A stretch of 64,000 bases of DNA from Mogibacterium sp. (GCA_012840975.1 DUVP01000031.1:5432-69431), one strand, 5' to 3'. Shown: positions 49,208 through 59,595, counted from the first letter of the stretch. Notes: generated by a model not told the origin, from the letters alone. Numbers and translations: made by a program.

Positions 49208-50986
49208 TTAAAGCTTATTATTAGCTGAATCCATATGAATTTCAATACCGAGTTCTTCAAGCTGCCCTTCCCCTGGATAAGAAGGTGCTTCTGATACCGG
49301 GCATTCAGCATTTTGGTTCTTAGGAAAAGCGATTACTTCTCTAATACTTTTCTCTCCGAGAAGAAGCATTACAAGTCTGTCAAGTCCATATGCAATGCCT
49401 GCATGCGGAGGAGCTCCGTATTTGAATGCTTCCATTAGGAAACCGAATTTATCCATGCATTCTTCTTCAGAAAGACCCAAAGCCTTGAACATTTTTTCCT
49501 GCAAGTCTTTGTCATGAATTCTCACGCTTCCCCCTCCAAGCTCAACACCGTTGAGAACGATATCATAAGCATTGGCATTAAGATCAAGAAGATCAGTGTC
49601 AAGTTTATACAGTTCATCCATCTTAGGTTGAGTGAAGGGATGGTGCACAGCTTTAATATGCCCTTCATCATCTTCTTCAAACATTGGAAAATCAACGACC
49701 CATAGGAAATTGTATTTATCATTATCAATAAGACCTAAAGCTTCAGCGACTTTTTTCCTCAAAAAACCAAGGGAGTCATATGTTACTTTAGTTCTACCGC
49801 TGACTATGAACACAATGTCTCCATTAACAGCAGCACAGTTATCCAGAATATTTCTGAGATCTTCTTCACTAAAGAATTTACCTATTGAGGAAGTTATATT
49901 CCCGGCATCATTTTTTATCCAGACAAGACCACCGGCACCATAATGCTTCAACTCTTCAGCAAGTTTATCGATTTTTTTTCTGGAGAAATGTGTAGCACCC
50001 TTTGGCACACAAATTCCTCTTATATCTCCTCCTTCAGACAGGGCTTTATTAAATACTTCGAAAGGTGAATTTATGAATAAACTGTTTAGTTTAACAAGTT
50101 CAATTTCAAAACGAGTATCGGGTTTATCGGAACCATATCTTTCCATTGCTTCAGCATATGAAATTCTCGGAAATGGAATTTCGATATCAATCCCTTTTAT
50201 CTCTTTCATAAGTCTTTTAAGAAAACCTTCCTGAACTTCGATAACATCATCTCCAGAAGCAAATGACATTTCCAAATCTATCTGTGTAAATTCCGGTTGT
50301 CTGTCTGCTCTTAGGTCCTCATCTCTGAAACATTTAACAACCTGGAAATATCTGTCTGTACCTGAAACCATAAGAAGTTGTTTAAACATTTGAGGAGACT
50401 GTGGGAGTGCATAAAAGAATCCTCTGTTGATCCTTGAAGGAACGATATAATCCCTTGCACCCTCCGGAGTAGGTTTTATCAGCATAGGAGTTTCAATTTC
50501 CAGGAACCCCTTTTCATCAAAATAATCTCTGGCACATTTGACTATTGCATGTCTCACTGCAAGATTTCTTTGCATCTTACTTTTACGAAGATCGAGGTAT
50601 CTGTATTTGAGCCTTAAGCTTTCGTCAACATTATCGTCATCTTTTATATATATAGGCGGGGTCTGAGATTCAGAATATATAACCATTTCATCTGCAAAAA
50701 CTTCTATATCTCCCGTAGAAATATTCGCATTTTTGGCAGATCTTTCTTTTACCTTACCTTTGACACCGATACAATATTCACTCCTCAGTCGGTTAGCTTT
50801 ATTTAAAAGCTCATCGGAAACATCCTCATTGATTGTTATCTGCGTGATACCGGTTTTATCTCTAAGATCGATAAAAACAAGGTTTCCAAAGCTTCTTGCT
50901 TTAGATACCCAACCATTAAGAACAACTTCAGCTCCGACATTATCAATGCGAAGTTCTCCGCACATGTGAGTTCTTTTATATAACAT
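49208..50986 (-). CDS. aspS: Aspartate--tRNA ligase
   Basis: KRTHMCGELR, FIDLRDKTGITQ, QSPQMFKQLLM, FRDEDLRADRQPEFTQID and GLDRLVMLL. Confidence 0.98.
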   Translation of the reverse strand: MLYKRTHMCGELRIDNVGAEVVLNGWVSKARSFGNLVFIDLRDKTGITQITINEDVSDELLNKANRLRSEYCIGVKGKVKERSAKNANISTGDIEVFADEMVIYSESQTPPIYIKDDDNVDESLRLKYRYLDLRKSKMQRNLAVRHAIVKCARDYFDEKGFLEIETPMLIKPTPEGARDYIVPSRINRGFFYALPQSPQMFKQLLMVSGTDRYFQVVKCFRDEDLRADRQPEFTQIDLEMSFASGDDVIEVQEGFLKRLMKEIKGIDIEIPFPRISYAEAMERYGSDKPDTRFEIELVKLNSLFINSPFEVFNKALSEGGDIRGICVPKGATHFSRKKIDKLAEELKHYGAGGLVWIKNDAGNITSSIGKFFSEEDLRNILDNCAAVNGDIVFIVSGRTKVTYDSLGFLRKKVAEALGLIDNDKYNFLWVVDFPMFEEDDEGHIKAVHHPFTQPKMDELYKLDTDLLDLNANAYDIVLNGVELGGGSVRIHDKDLQEKMFKALGLSEEECMDKFGFLMEAFKYGAPPHAGIAYGLDRLVMLLLGEKSIREVIAFPKNQNAECPVSEAPSYPGEGQLEELGIEIHMDSANNKL

Positions 50987-52223
50987 TTGCCAAATCTTCC
51001 CTTCTGATTTTAATTTGTTTGGAGTTTTTCATGTCTTTGAGAGTCAGCTCTCCGGTTGTTACTTCATCATCACCGATTACAACGGTATATTTTGCATTAA
51101 GCCTGTTTGCATATTTCATCTGTCCTTTAAGATTTCTTTCTTTCGTATCAAGCTCTGCTCTTATCCCCTGTTTTCTGAGATTATATATAAGTTTAATGGC
51201 ATATGCCTTGGCTTTTTCACCTATCCATGCAATAAACAGATCAGGAGATGATTTTCCTCCAAAGTCGTGTCCGACAAGCTCCATCATCATAATCAGTCTT
51301 TCTTTACCAAGACCAAAACCGACACCGGGCATGTCCGGACCACCTATTTCTTCGATGAGGTGATCATATCTTCCGCCACCGCATATGGTTCCTTGTGCTC
51401 CTATAGAGGTTGTAACAAATTCAAAGGCTGTCTTTGTGTAATAATCAAGCCCTCTGACTATCGAAGGGTTTAAAATGTATTTTACGCCGCTTAAATCAAG
51501 AAGTGACATGAGTTCATTAAGGTCAGCTTTACATTCTTCACAAAGAAAATCAATCATCATTGGAGCACCCTTAACCAGACTCTGACAGATTTCAGATTTG
51601 CAATCAAGAATACGCATAGGGTTGCTTTCATATCTGGACTTGCAGGTATTACAAAGGTCATCGTATTTAGGCTTTAGAAAATCCTGTAAAGCCCGCCTGT
51701 GTGCAGGTCTGCATTTTCTACATCCGACACTTGATAAATGAAGATCAACATTATCAATACCCATTTCGACCAGAAAATCATGACCCAGCAAAATAACTTC
51801 AGCATCAGCAAGCATACTCGATGTACCGAAATTCTCAACTCCAAACTGATGAAATTCTCTAAGTCTGCCCGCCTGAGGCTTTTCGTATCTGAAGCATGGA
51901 GTGTCGTAATAATATTTTGTTGGTTGTGAAAGAGCATATTGATTATTCTCAATAAAAGCTCTAACAGCCGGAGAAGTTCCTTCAGGTTTTAAAGTGATAC
52001 TTCTACGACCGAGATCTTCAAAAGTATACATTTCCTTTTGTACAATATCTGTCGTATCTCCAACACCTCTACTGAATAATTCTGTATATTCAAAAGTGGG
52101 AGTTCTAAGTTCTTTGAAACCGTATCTGTTGCAGAATTCCGCCCAGCAGTTCTCGATATATTGCCATTTATATGAATCTTCAGGCAAAACATCCTTCGTA
52201 CCCTTTACCGCTTTTATTGACAT
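50976..52223 (-). CDS. hisS: Histidine--tRNA ligase
   Basis: KAVKGTKDVLPEDS, FRYEKPQAGRLREFHQFG and GGGRYD. ATG 52223 follows GGAGGA. Confidence 0.97.
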   Translation of the reverse strand: MSIKAVKGTKDVLPEDSYKWQYIENCWAEFCNRYGFKELRTPTFEYTELFSRGVGDTTDIVQKEMYTFEDLGRRSITLKPEGTSPAVRAFIENNQYALSQPTKYYYDTPCFRYEKPQAGRLREFHQFGVENFGTSSMLADAEVILLGHDFLVEMGIDNVDLHLSSVGCRKCRPAHRRALQDFLKPKYDDLCNTCKSRYESNPMRILDCKSEICQSLVKGAPMMIDFLCEECKADLNELMSLLDLSGVKYILNPSIVRGLDYYTKTAFEFVTTSIGAQGTICGGGRYDHLIEEIGGPDMPGVGFGLGKERLIMMMELVGHDFGGKSSPDLFIAWIGEKAKAYAIKLIYNLRKQGIRAELDTKERNLKGQMKYANRLNAKYTVVIGDDEVTTGELTLKDMKNSKQIKIRREDLANVI

Positions 52224-52224
52224 C

Positions 52225-53628
52225 CTATCCTCCATAGTATTTATTCTTTCGCTGAATTATTTCATCGATTCTTTTATTGTAAACTATATGATTGCTTACA
52301 TTAGGAACTCGTTCAATTCTGTCCTCATCAGGATAATAGATTTTTCCGACTGCTCCGGCACCTAAACCTATAATTGTCTGCATCTCCTCCATTATCCTTA
52401 CATTATACAATGAATGTGTGCCCGGTTTACAGTAGCCGACATTCTCAAGGAAACCTATCTGATGTTTTTGCCTATATATGTAATAAGGATAAAACCCTTC
52501 TGAAACAAGTCTATTGCGTGAATAATCGAGCATCTTATTCACAATCTCGGAATTCCGTCTGAAAAAATCAGGATTATTTTCTTTGAGTTTAGAACCTTTT
52601 TTAACTGAAAGTGTGTGTACTGTTATGTTATTTGCTCCTAAAGTAAGAACTTCATTAAGAGTATTAACAAAATCTTCAAAGCTCTCGTCAGGAAGTCCTG
52701 CTATTATATCCGCATTTATAACTTTATATCCGTATTGTAAAACAAGATTATATGCTTTTTTTATCTCATCTGATGTATGTTTTCGACCTATTTTTTTAAG
52801 TGTGTCATCCTTCATTGTTTGAGGGTTAATACTTATCCTCGAAACACCGTAATCTCTCATATATTGAAGCTTTTCGGATGTTATTGTGTCCGGTCTGCCG
52901 GCTTCGACAGTGAATTCTATTTTATCGATATCTATTTCCATACTGTTTTTAACTGCTTCGAGAAGTCTTTTGATTTGATTTAGACTCAATACAGTCGGAG
53001 TGCCTCCTCCGATATATAAACTCTCTATAGATGCTCTGTTCTCTCTCATCAGCTGACCCATATAAGAGATTTCATTAAGCAGATTTTTAATATATTGTTC
53101 TAAATAGTTATCTTCTGCGACACTTGATGCAAAAGAACAATATTCGCATAATGTAGGACAAAAAGGAATACCTATATAGACGCTGACAGTATTTTTTTTC
53201 GACTTATTAATATATTTAATCTGATATTTAATTATTTGAGTTAAAAGAGATATCTTTTTGTCCGATAAAAGATATTTTTCTTTTAAAATGTTTCTCATTA
53301 AATTAAATGAAGATGTTTCTTTGTAAACATTAAAGGCAATTTTTAAAGGTCTCACACCCGTCATAATCCCCCACTCTGCCGATTTTCCGGTAATTTCCGT
53401 AAGGAGATTATAAAGCTCTCTTTGAACAACATCCATTTCAGATGAGCCTGAAGTATTTATAAGAAAGCTGTTTCCTCGAAGGTAGAGATATTTAAATATA
53501 TCCGCATCAATGGAAATAGCTTCAAAGTTTTCATCTTTTATAAAAACCCTGATCAATTCTTCAATATGGTAACAATTTTGTATTTTGTTTATATAAAATC
53601 TATACAAAAGGATTTGCCCTCTTTTCAA
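52225..53628 (-). CDS. HemN/HemZ-family radical SAM protein (coproporphyrinogen-dehydrogenase-like)
   Basis: IPFCPTLCEYCSF radical-SAM cluster motif, GGGTPT, and a HemZ-like N-terminal extension. Confidence 0.8.
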   Translation of the reverse strand: MKRGQILLYRFYINKIQNCYHIEELIRVFIKDENFEAISIDADIFKYLYLRGNSFLINTSGSSEMDVVQRELYNLLTEITGKSAEWGIMTGVRPLKIAFNVYKETSSFNLMRNILKEKYLLSDKKISLLTQIIKYQIKYINKSKKNTVSVYIGIPFCPTLCEYCSFASSVAEDNYLEQYIKNLLNEISYMGQLMRENRASIESLYIGGGTPTVLSLNQIKRLLEAVKNSMEIDIDKIEFTVEAGRPDTITSEKLQYMRDYGVSRISINPQTMKDDTLKKIGRKHTSDEIKKAYNLVLQYGYKVINADIIAGLPDESFEDFVNTLNEVLTLGANNITVHTLSVKKGSKLKENNPDFFRRNSEIVNKMLDYSRNRLVSEGFYPYYIYRQKHQIGFLENVGYCKPGTHSLYNVRIMEEMQTIIGLGAGAVGKIYYPDEDRIERVPNVSNHIVYNKRIDEIIQRKNKYYGG

Positions 53629-54217
53629 ATTCTATTGTCGACGAAGCTCCGTGTCCGGGATAGATGATGGTATCATCATGTAGTGTGTAGAGCTTGTTTT
53701 TAATAGAATATAAAAGCGTTTCCCAATCTCCTGTCTCAAATGATGTGTTGCCTACAGAAAGCTTAAAAAGTGTATCTCCTGTGAAAACTATGTCTCCTGT
53801 TTTTATACATACTCCACCTTCTGTATGTCCCGGAGTTTCAATAAATTCAAAAACAGAATCACCGAGATAAATTTTGTCACCTTCAACAACATGAATGTCA
53901 GCTTCAGGGCATGTTACTGCTGAATTCCCAAATGTCTGAGTCCAATTTTTGGAAAATAAATAAATTTCTTTTTTTGGAAGAACAAATTGGACTTCAGGAT
54001 ATTCATCAAGATATTTTTCTACGCTGTAAAAATGGTCATAATGCCCATGAGTAAGCATAACAAATTTCAGATTATCTTTATCACCGATTTCTGACCTTAC
54101 TTCATCACCAATATAACCCGGATCAATAATGGCTTTATAGCCTGTATTCTCATCAGTAAGCAAATACGTATTTTCGCCAAGTGGCCCTCTGGAATATCTT
54201 TTAACTTTTATACTCAT
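53600..54217 (-). CDS. MBL-fold metallo-hydrolase (glyoxalase II-like)
   Basis: LTHGHYDH, TPGHTEG and PGHG. Confidence 0.85.
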   Translation of the reverse strand: MSIKVKRYSRGPLGENTYLLTDENTGYKAIIDPGYIGDEVRSEIGDKDNLKFVMLTHGHYDHFYSVEKYLDEYPEVQFVLPKKEIYLFSKNWTQTFGNSAVTCPEADIHVVEGDKIYLGDSVFEFIETPGHTEGGVCIKTGDIVFTGDTLFKLSVGNTSFETGDWETLLYSIKNKLYTLHDDTIIYPGHGASSTIEFEKRANPFV

Positions 54218-54231
54218 TTTCTCTTTTTCTC

Positions 54232-56439
54232 CTAATTTCCTCTAAAAACCTTCTCGACTCCTTCTATCTGTTTCAATGAAAGAAGGATTTTTTTCATTTG
54301 ATGCATATCAGATATCTCTACAGTCAGAACAACATTACTAAATCCGGGATCAGCATGTGTGAGATTTAGACCGACGACTTCAATATCATTATCATCACAT
54401 ACTTTGGAAACATCTTTAAACAGTCCTTTTCTCTCTTCAGCATGTATGTGAATGTCGGCATAATATTTTCTGTTAGCATCAGGATTATCCCAATGCACTT
54501 CTATAAGCCTTTCTCGATCTTCTTCACTTAAGTTCTTGATGTTTGAACAATCCGTTCTATGGACTGTAATACCTTTACCTTTTGATATATAACCGATAAT
54601 GTCATCACCGGGAACAGGATTACAGCAGGTTGCACGTTTTATCAATAAATTGTCCGTACCTTTTACTATAATTCCGGATTCAGAGCGGGTTCTGTCCCTA
54701 TGAATAGGTCTTTTGCTGACTTCAATAACATCCTTTTCTTCAAGCTTTATTTTTTTATCTTCTTCATAGTACTCAATAAGCTTTTGGCCAAGTTTCGATA
54801 CTGTTGTGCCGCCTCTTGAAATTTGAAGATACAACTCGTTAACGTTTGAGCAATTGAAATCTTTTACTGCCTTTATTATATAAGCGTTTTTTGCAACCAG
54901 TGCCGGATCGTAACCTTTTTTCTTAATATACGTAGAAATGTCTGATTTTCCTTTGTTGACATCGCTGTCTTTATCCGCTTTGCGGAGCCAGTTTCTGATT
55001 TTATGCTGTGCTTGTGATGTTTTGCAAATTTTCAGCCAATCGATACTAGGACCTGATGAATTTGCTGATGTTATTATTTCAACTATATCGCCGTTAGAAA
55101 GTTTATGATCAATTGTAACCATCTTACCGTTAACTTTAGCTCCGACACATCTGATACCGACATCAGTGTGGATCTTGAATGCAAAATCAAGAGGTGTACT
55201 CCCCGCAGGAAGCTCCATAACATCTCCTGCCGGAGTGAAGACAAAAACCTGATTCTCAAAAAGATCCATTTTGAGAGTATTAAGGAATTCAATTGAATCG
55301 TCGGTTTCCTTTTGCCATTCAAGTGCCTGTCGTAACCATGCAAGTTTTTGTTCGCTGTCGTCATTGCTGCCGGAAGTTTTTCCTTCTTTATATTTCCAGT
55401 GAGCAGCAATACCATATTCAGCAACTCTATGCATTTCATATGTTCTTATTTGAATCTCAAAAGGTTGTCCCTTATCCCCTATTACCGTAGTATGCAGTGA
55501 CTGATACATATTAGGCTTGGGCATAGCTATATAGTCTTTAAATCTTCCGGGAATGGGTTTCCATTTTGAATGAACAAGTCCAAGGGCAGCATAGCAGTCT
55601 TTAACATTTGCAACAAGAACTCTTACTGCGAGTAAATCAAATATTTCATCAATATGCTTCTTCTGGAGAACCATCTTACGATAAATACTGTATATGTGTT
55701 TATGTCTGCCTTTGACATCGTGCTGAATACCCGCTGTATCGAGCATGATGGTTATTTCCGTAATAAGGGAATCTATATTCTCCTCATATCCGGCTCTTTT
55801 TTTTGCTATTTCATCGCTAAGCTTCTTGTATTCCATAGGATGAAGATATTTAAGGGCAAGATCTTCGAGTTCAAACTTTATACTGAATATTCCAAGTCTG
55901 CCGGCAAGAGGTGCATAAATCTCTAATGTTTCAAGAGATTTTGTTTTTCTTTTATCCTTGGGCATATATTCAAGAGTTCTCATATTGTGAAGTCTGTCTG
56001 CAAGTTTAATTATAAGAACTCTTATATCTTTAGACATTGCAAGGAACATTTTACGGAAATTTTCTGCCTGTATTGCTTCAGTTGAGTCATATGAGATATT
56101 TCCCAGTTTAGTAACCCCTTCAACCAGTAAGGCAATTTTTTCATCAAATTCTTCAGCAAGGTTTTCTGTTGTGTATGCAGTATCCTCAACGGCATCATGC
56201 AGAAGTCCTGCAACAATCGTTTCATTATCCACACCAAAATTCGCCAGGATTTTTGCAACTGCAACAGGATGAACTATAAATGGTTCACCGCTTTTCCGTA
56301 CTTGGCCATTGTGAAGATTATATGCAATTTCAAAAGCCTTAATGATTGTCGAGTCATTATACTTTGGATTAATTTCACTAATCTCACTTATAAATTTTTC
56401 AGTTGGAGGATTTTGAATCTCGTTTGTTGTCATACGCAA
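54232..56439 (-). CDS. relA: Bifunctional (p)ppGpp synthetase/hydrolase (RelA/SpoT homolog)
   Basis: HD hydrolase domain (HPVAVAKILA...LHDAVEDT), synthetase domain (RHKHIYSIYRKM...YQSLHTTV), then TGS and ACT domains. Confidence 0.97.
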   Translation of the reverse strand: MRMTTNEIQNPPTEKFISEISEINPKYNDSTIIKAFEIAYNLHNGQVRKSGEPFIVHPVAVAKILANFGVDNETIVAGLLHDAVEDTAYTTENLAEEFDEKIALLVEGVTKLGNISYDSTEAIQAENFRKMFLAMSKDIRVLIIKLADRLHNMRTLEYMPKDKRKTKSLETLEIYAPLAGRLGIFSIKFELEDLALKYLHPMEYKKLSDEIAKKRAGYEENIDSLITEITIMLDTAGIQHDVKGRHKHIYSIYRKMVLQKKHIDEIFDLLAVRVLVANVKDCYAALGLVHSKWKPIPGRFKDYIAMPKPNMYQSLHTTVIGDKGQPFEIQIRTYEMHRVAEYGIAAHWKYKEGKTSGSNDDSEQKLAWLRQALEWQKETDDSIEFLNTLKMDLFENQVFVFTPAGDVMELPAGSTPLDFAFKIHTDVGIRCVGAKVNGKMVTIDHKLSNGDIVEIITSANSSGPSIDWLKICKTSQAQHKIRNWLRKADKDSDVNKGKSDISTYIKKKGYDPALVAKNAYIIKAVKDFNCSNVNELYLQISRGGTTVSKLGQKLIEYYEEDKKIKLEEKDVIEVSKRPIHRDRTRSESGIIVKGTDNLLIKRATCCNPVPGDDIIGYISKGKGITVHRTDCSNIKNLSEEDRERLIEVHWDNPDANRKYYADIHIHAEERKGLFKDVSKVCDDNDIEVVGLNLTHADPGFSNVVLTVEISDMHQMKKILLSLKQIEGVEKVFRGN

Positions 56440-56484
56440 AATGCCTTATTTTAAAGTAATCCTTCTTAACAATATTTTACCCGG

Positions 56485-58755
56485 TTATCTTTTTATTCCG
56501 TCATTAATACGTTTTTTTTTAGACTTGGCTCTGTGTTCATCATACCTTGAAGCATCGTCCTTCTTAGTAATGTCAAAGTATATAGGGCTGCAAAGAAAGA
56601 CAGAAGAATAGGTACCTGCAACAATACCTATAATCAGAGGTATCAGGAATGCTCGGAGCTCCGAACTTGCCATAATATAAAGCGGAACGATGACAATCAA
56701 TGTTGTAACGGAAGTCATCAACGACCGAGATAGAGTCTGGTTTATGCTTGAATCCAATAGCATTTCTTTTTCTTTCCGCTTAAAGAACTTCATATTTTCT
56801 CTTATTCTGTCAAAGATTACTATTGTGTCGTTGATCGAGTATCCAACTACAGTAAGTATTCCGGCAATAAACGGATTATTGATCGGTATGCTGAAAAATG
56901 CATACATTGCAAGAGTTATCAGTACGTCATGCAAAAGGCCGGCAATTGCCGCAACTCCAAATTTCCATCCTTTAAATCTGAATCTTATGTATATCAACAT
57001 ACATATAGAAGCAATAATCAGTGATTTTATTGCATTTGATTTCAGATCTTTTCCAATTGTCGGACCAAACTGCTCAGATGCAAGAACAGAACTATCATCA
57101 AGTTTATATTTATCCGTAATCGTTTGTATAACATCGGTTCTTTCTTCATTCTTGAGAGCTTTTATCGTTTTAATTACTACCTGAGTGTTACCTTCTCCGG
57201 CATATACGATAGTAGGTTCAAGTTCATATTGTGCAATAGATTCTTTAAATTTATCGATATCGACTTTTTCTCCCATCTCTATCTGAATCATAGTGCCGCC
57301 GGTAAAATCAATGCCATAGTTATATCCTTTTATTCCACCAACTATAAGGCCGGCAACAATAATGACCGCACTTATTGTATAAAATATTTTTCTATGGCTC
57401 ATAAACTTAATATTAGGATTAAATCTCAGTTTATGAGATCCATCTTCATTCATACCGAAGAAAGATTTTTTTGAAAAAGTTTTGCTTTCCGCAATCAGAC
57501 TTATAAAAATCTGTGTAATGAAAACCGCTGTTAAGATGCTTACAACTGTACCAATCATAAGTGTAAGAGCAAAACCCTTAATCGCTGTAGTTCCAAATAT
57601 GTAAAGTACGAATGCTGCTATTAGCGTAGTAGTTTGTGAGTCAATAACAGTTGACATAGCAGCCTTATAGCCTGTATCTACAGAAACACGAACTGACTTG
57701 CCTTTATTTATCTCCTCTCTTATTCTGGTGAAAATTAGAACATTTGAGTCGACGGCCATTCCTACTGAAAGAATAATACCCGCAATCCCCGGCAAACTTA
57801 GTACAGAGCCTAATGCAACCATTGTCCATAAAACGATCTGTATATAGATTAGAAGAGCGATATTAGCAACTACTCCGAGAAGTCCGTAAGCAAGAATCAT
57901 AATTATAAAAACAAGAACAACTCCTATGATACCGGCTTTGACACTAAGTGTGAGTGCATTTGCTCCAACTGTTGCTGTTTGAACTGAGGAATTTACCTCT
58001 GTCAGATTTGCAGGCAAAGCTCCTCCTCTAATCAATGCGGAGAGCGAAGATGCTTCAGATTGTGAAAAACCACCTTTGGTTGTAATCTCACAAGATCTTG
58101 AAGCAATTTTCTCTCTTACCGTTGGAGCAGAGATGACCTCATCATCAAGAGCAATGACAATTGCTGTCTTATGTACAGTTCTTCCGTTCTCATCAGATAT
58201 GGTTGGGTCAACTGTTCCCGATGCTGCCTTGCCTGTAGCCTCAGCAAAAAGATCACTACCCTCTGTTGTGAAATCGATAATTATCTTATAACCACCGTTT
58301 TCCGGGTCTGTACTTATTTGAGAATCACGGATTCCTTCACCGGTAAGAGCTAAGTCGCCATTAGCAAGATAGAATCTTAATTGAGCTGTACGACCTATTT
58401 GTTCAATAGCTTCTTCAGCATTTTCTACGCCGGGCATTTCAACACGGATTCTTTTGTTTCCTTCAATGGATACAGTTGCTTCACTGATCCCCATGGCATT
58501 AACCCTGTTCTCAAGAACGGTTTTTGTCTGGTTCATAATCTGAGTAAGTTCCGTACCTGTTGCATCTGTCTCAGCTTCAAGAAGAACATAAACTCCCCCA
58601 TTAATATCAAGACCGTATTTTAACTGTTTCCCAAGATTGTCAACTTTATTTCCAATTCCAAATATGGAAATAAACCATCCTGAAATAAGGAGAATAACTA
58701 TAAGTCCGGCAAATATTTTCTTTCTACCTTTTTTCATTTTTAATATGCCTTTCAT
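56485..58755 (-). CDS. secDF: Fused protein translocase subunit SecDF
   Basis: The SecD part (GLDINGGVYVLLEA..., VDSNVLIFTRIREE) is fused to the SecF part (GIDFTGGT..., INDTIVIFDRIREN). The start is either ATG 58755 or ATG 58737. The latter has the better RBS. Confidence 0.93.
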   Translation of the reverse strand: MKGILKMKKGRKKIFAGLIVILLISGWFISIFGIGNKVDNLGKQLKYGLDINGGVYVLLEAETDATGTELTQIMNQTKTVLENRVNAMGISEATVSIEGNKRIRVEMPGVENAEEAIEQIGRTAQLRFYLANGDLALTGEGIRDSQISTDPENGGYKIIIDFTTEGSDLFAEATGKAASGTVDPTISDENGRTVHKTAIVIALDDEVISAPTVREKIASRSCEITTKGGFSQSEASSLSALIRGGALPANLTEVNSSVQTATVGANALTLSVKAGIIGVVLVFIIMILAYGLLGVVANIALLIYIQIVLWTMVALGSVLSLPGIAGIILSVGMAVDSNVLIFTRIREEINKGKSVRVSVDTGYKAAMSTVIDSQTTTLIAAFVLYIFGTTAIKGFALTLMIGTVVSILTAVFITQIFISLIAESKTFSKKSFFGMNEDGSHKLRFNPNIKFMSHRKIFYTISAVIIVAGLIVGGIKGYNYGIDFTGGTMIQIEMGEKVDIDKFKESIAQYELEPTIVYAGEGNTQVVIKTIKALKNEERTDVIQTITDKYKLDDSSVLASEQFGPTIGKDLKSNAIKSLIIASICMLIYIRFRFKGWKFGVAAIAGLLHDVLITLAMYAFFSIPINNPFIAGILTVVGYSINDTIVIFDRIRENMKFFKRKEKEMLLDSSINQTLSRSLMTSVTTLIVIVPLYIMASSELRAFLIPLIIGIVAGTYSSVFLCSPIYFDITKKDDASRYDEHRAKSKKKRINDGIKR

Positions 58756-58840
58756 TAGAATTTAAGTATGTAAAATGCAAAGTAACGCATTAAATAATCA
58801 TTCAATCTATTTTATATTATTAGTCTTTAAAGTTCAATGT

Positions 58841-58863
58841 AAAAGCACCTTGGAGAGGTGCTT
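58841..58863 (-). terminator. Hairpin terminator after yajC
   Basis: Minus strand: AAGCACCT-CTCCA-AGGTGCTT followed by TTAC. Confidence 0.5.
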
Positions 58864-58920
58864 AAATGTATAATATTTAATACGATATTTTAATGATTAA
58901 AACGTTTCATGAATCTCAAT

Positions 58921-59304
58921 TTATTCGTCTGATTTCTTTGTAAGTTTCTTTGGAGTTACTTTCTTTTCATTAGTAACCTTTGAATCAGTATCAGAAACAA
59001 GAGATTCTTCCTTCTTTGTTGCAGCCTGGGCTTTTTCGCCTTTATTTACACTTGCAATAGCTGTTTTAATAAATTCAATTTTATTTCTTTCGGTTCCGGT
59101 GGTTACAACAATTGATTTATCGGTAATCTTAATGACCTTTCCGATTACACCGCCTATTGTCATAATTTCGTCTCCAACCTGTAAAGCTGATCTCATTTCA
59201 CGATCAGCTTTTTCCTTCTTTTTCTGAGGTCTGATCATCATAAAATAAATAAGTAAAATAAATCCAGCAAGTAACGCAATATTGCCAATAGGATTGTTTG
59301 TCAT
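58921..59304 (-). CDS. yajC: Preprotein translocase subunit YajC with a Lys-rich C-terminal extension
   Basis: ATG 59304 follows AGGAG. ILLIYFMMIRPQKKKEK...LQVGDEIMTIGGVIGKV. The longer ORF in the track runs through a tRNA gene. Confidence 0.9.
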   Translation of the reverse strand: MTNNPIGNIALLAGFILLIYFMMIRPQKKKEKADREMRSALQVGDEIMTIGGVIGKVIKITDKSIVVTTGTERNKIEFIKTAIASVNKGEKAQAATKKEESLVSDTDSKVTNEKKVTPKKLTKKSDE

Positions 59305-59343
59305 GATTTTTCTCCTTTTTTTAAATTCTAATATATAACTTAA

Positions 59344-59430
59344 TGGTGCCGGTGGTGGGGCTCGAACCCACACGATATTGCTATCACGGGATTTTGAATC
59401 CCGCGCGTCTGCCAATTCCACCACACCGGC
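59344..59430 (-). tRNA. tRNA-Leu (anticodon CAA), CCA encoded
   Basis: Manually folded. Acceptor GCCGGTG/CACCGGC, anticodon arm CGGGA-TTCAAAA-TCCCG, long variable arm GATAGCAATATC, T arm GTGGG-TTCGAGC-CCCAC. Confidence 0.9.
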
Positions 59431-59469
59431 AAATTAACAATACCGGTAAACTGATTTGGGCTAAAAAAA

Positions 59470-59551
59470 TGGTGTGGATGACTGGACTCGAACCAGCACG
59501 GTCTCCCACATGCCCCTCAAGCATGCGCGTCTGCCATTCCGCCACATCCAC
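59470..59551 (-). tRNA. tRNA-Leu (anticodon GAG), CCA encoded
   Basis: Manually folded. Acceptor GTGGATG/CATCCAC, D arm GCGGAATGGCAGACGC, anticodon arm CATGC-TTGAGGG-GCATG, T arm GCTGG-TTCGAGT-CCAGT. Confidence 0.85.
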
Positions 59552-59566
59552 ACAAGTCGCTATAAA

Positions 59567-59595
59567 ATTATACTCGTTAATACAATTCTTTGCAA
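59567..59595 (-). promoter_or_regulatory. Sigma-A promoter for the tRNA-Leu pair (and possibly yajC)
   Basis: Minus strand TTGCAA (59590-59595), 17-nt spacer, TATAAT (59567-59572). The -10 is 15 nt upstream of the tRNA 5' end. Confidence 0.65.

Noticed and set aside
58921-59424. 167-aa ORF (MVELADARDSKSRD...) and the + strand ORF 59343-59684
   Set aside because: Their 5' parts are translations of the two tRNA-Leu genes. The real CDS is yajC, starting at ATG 59304 with its own AGGAG RBS.
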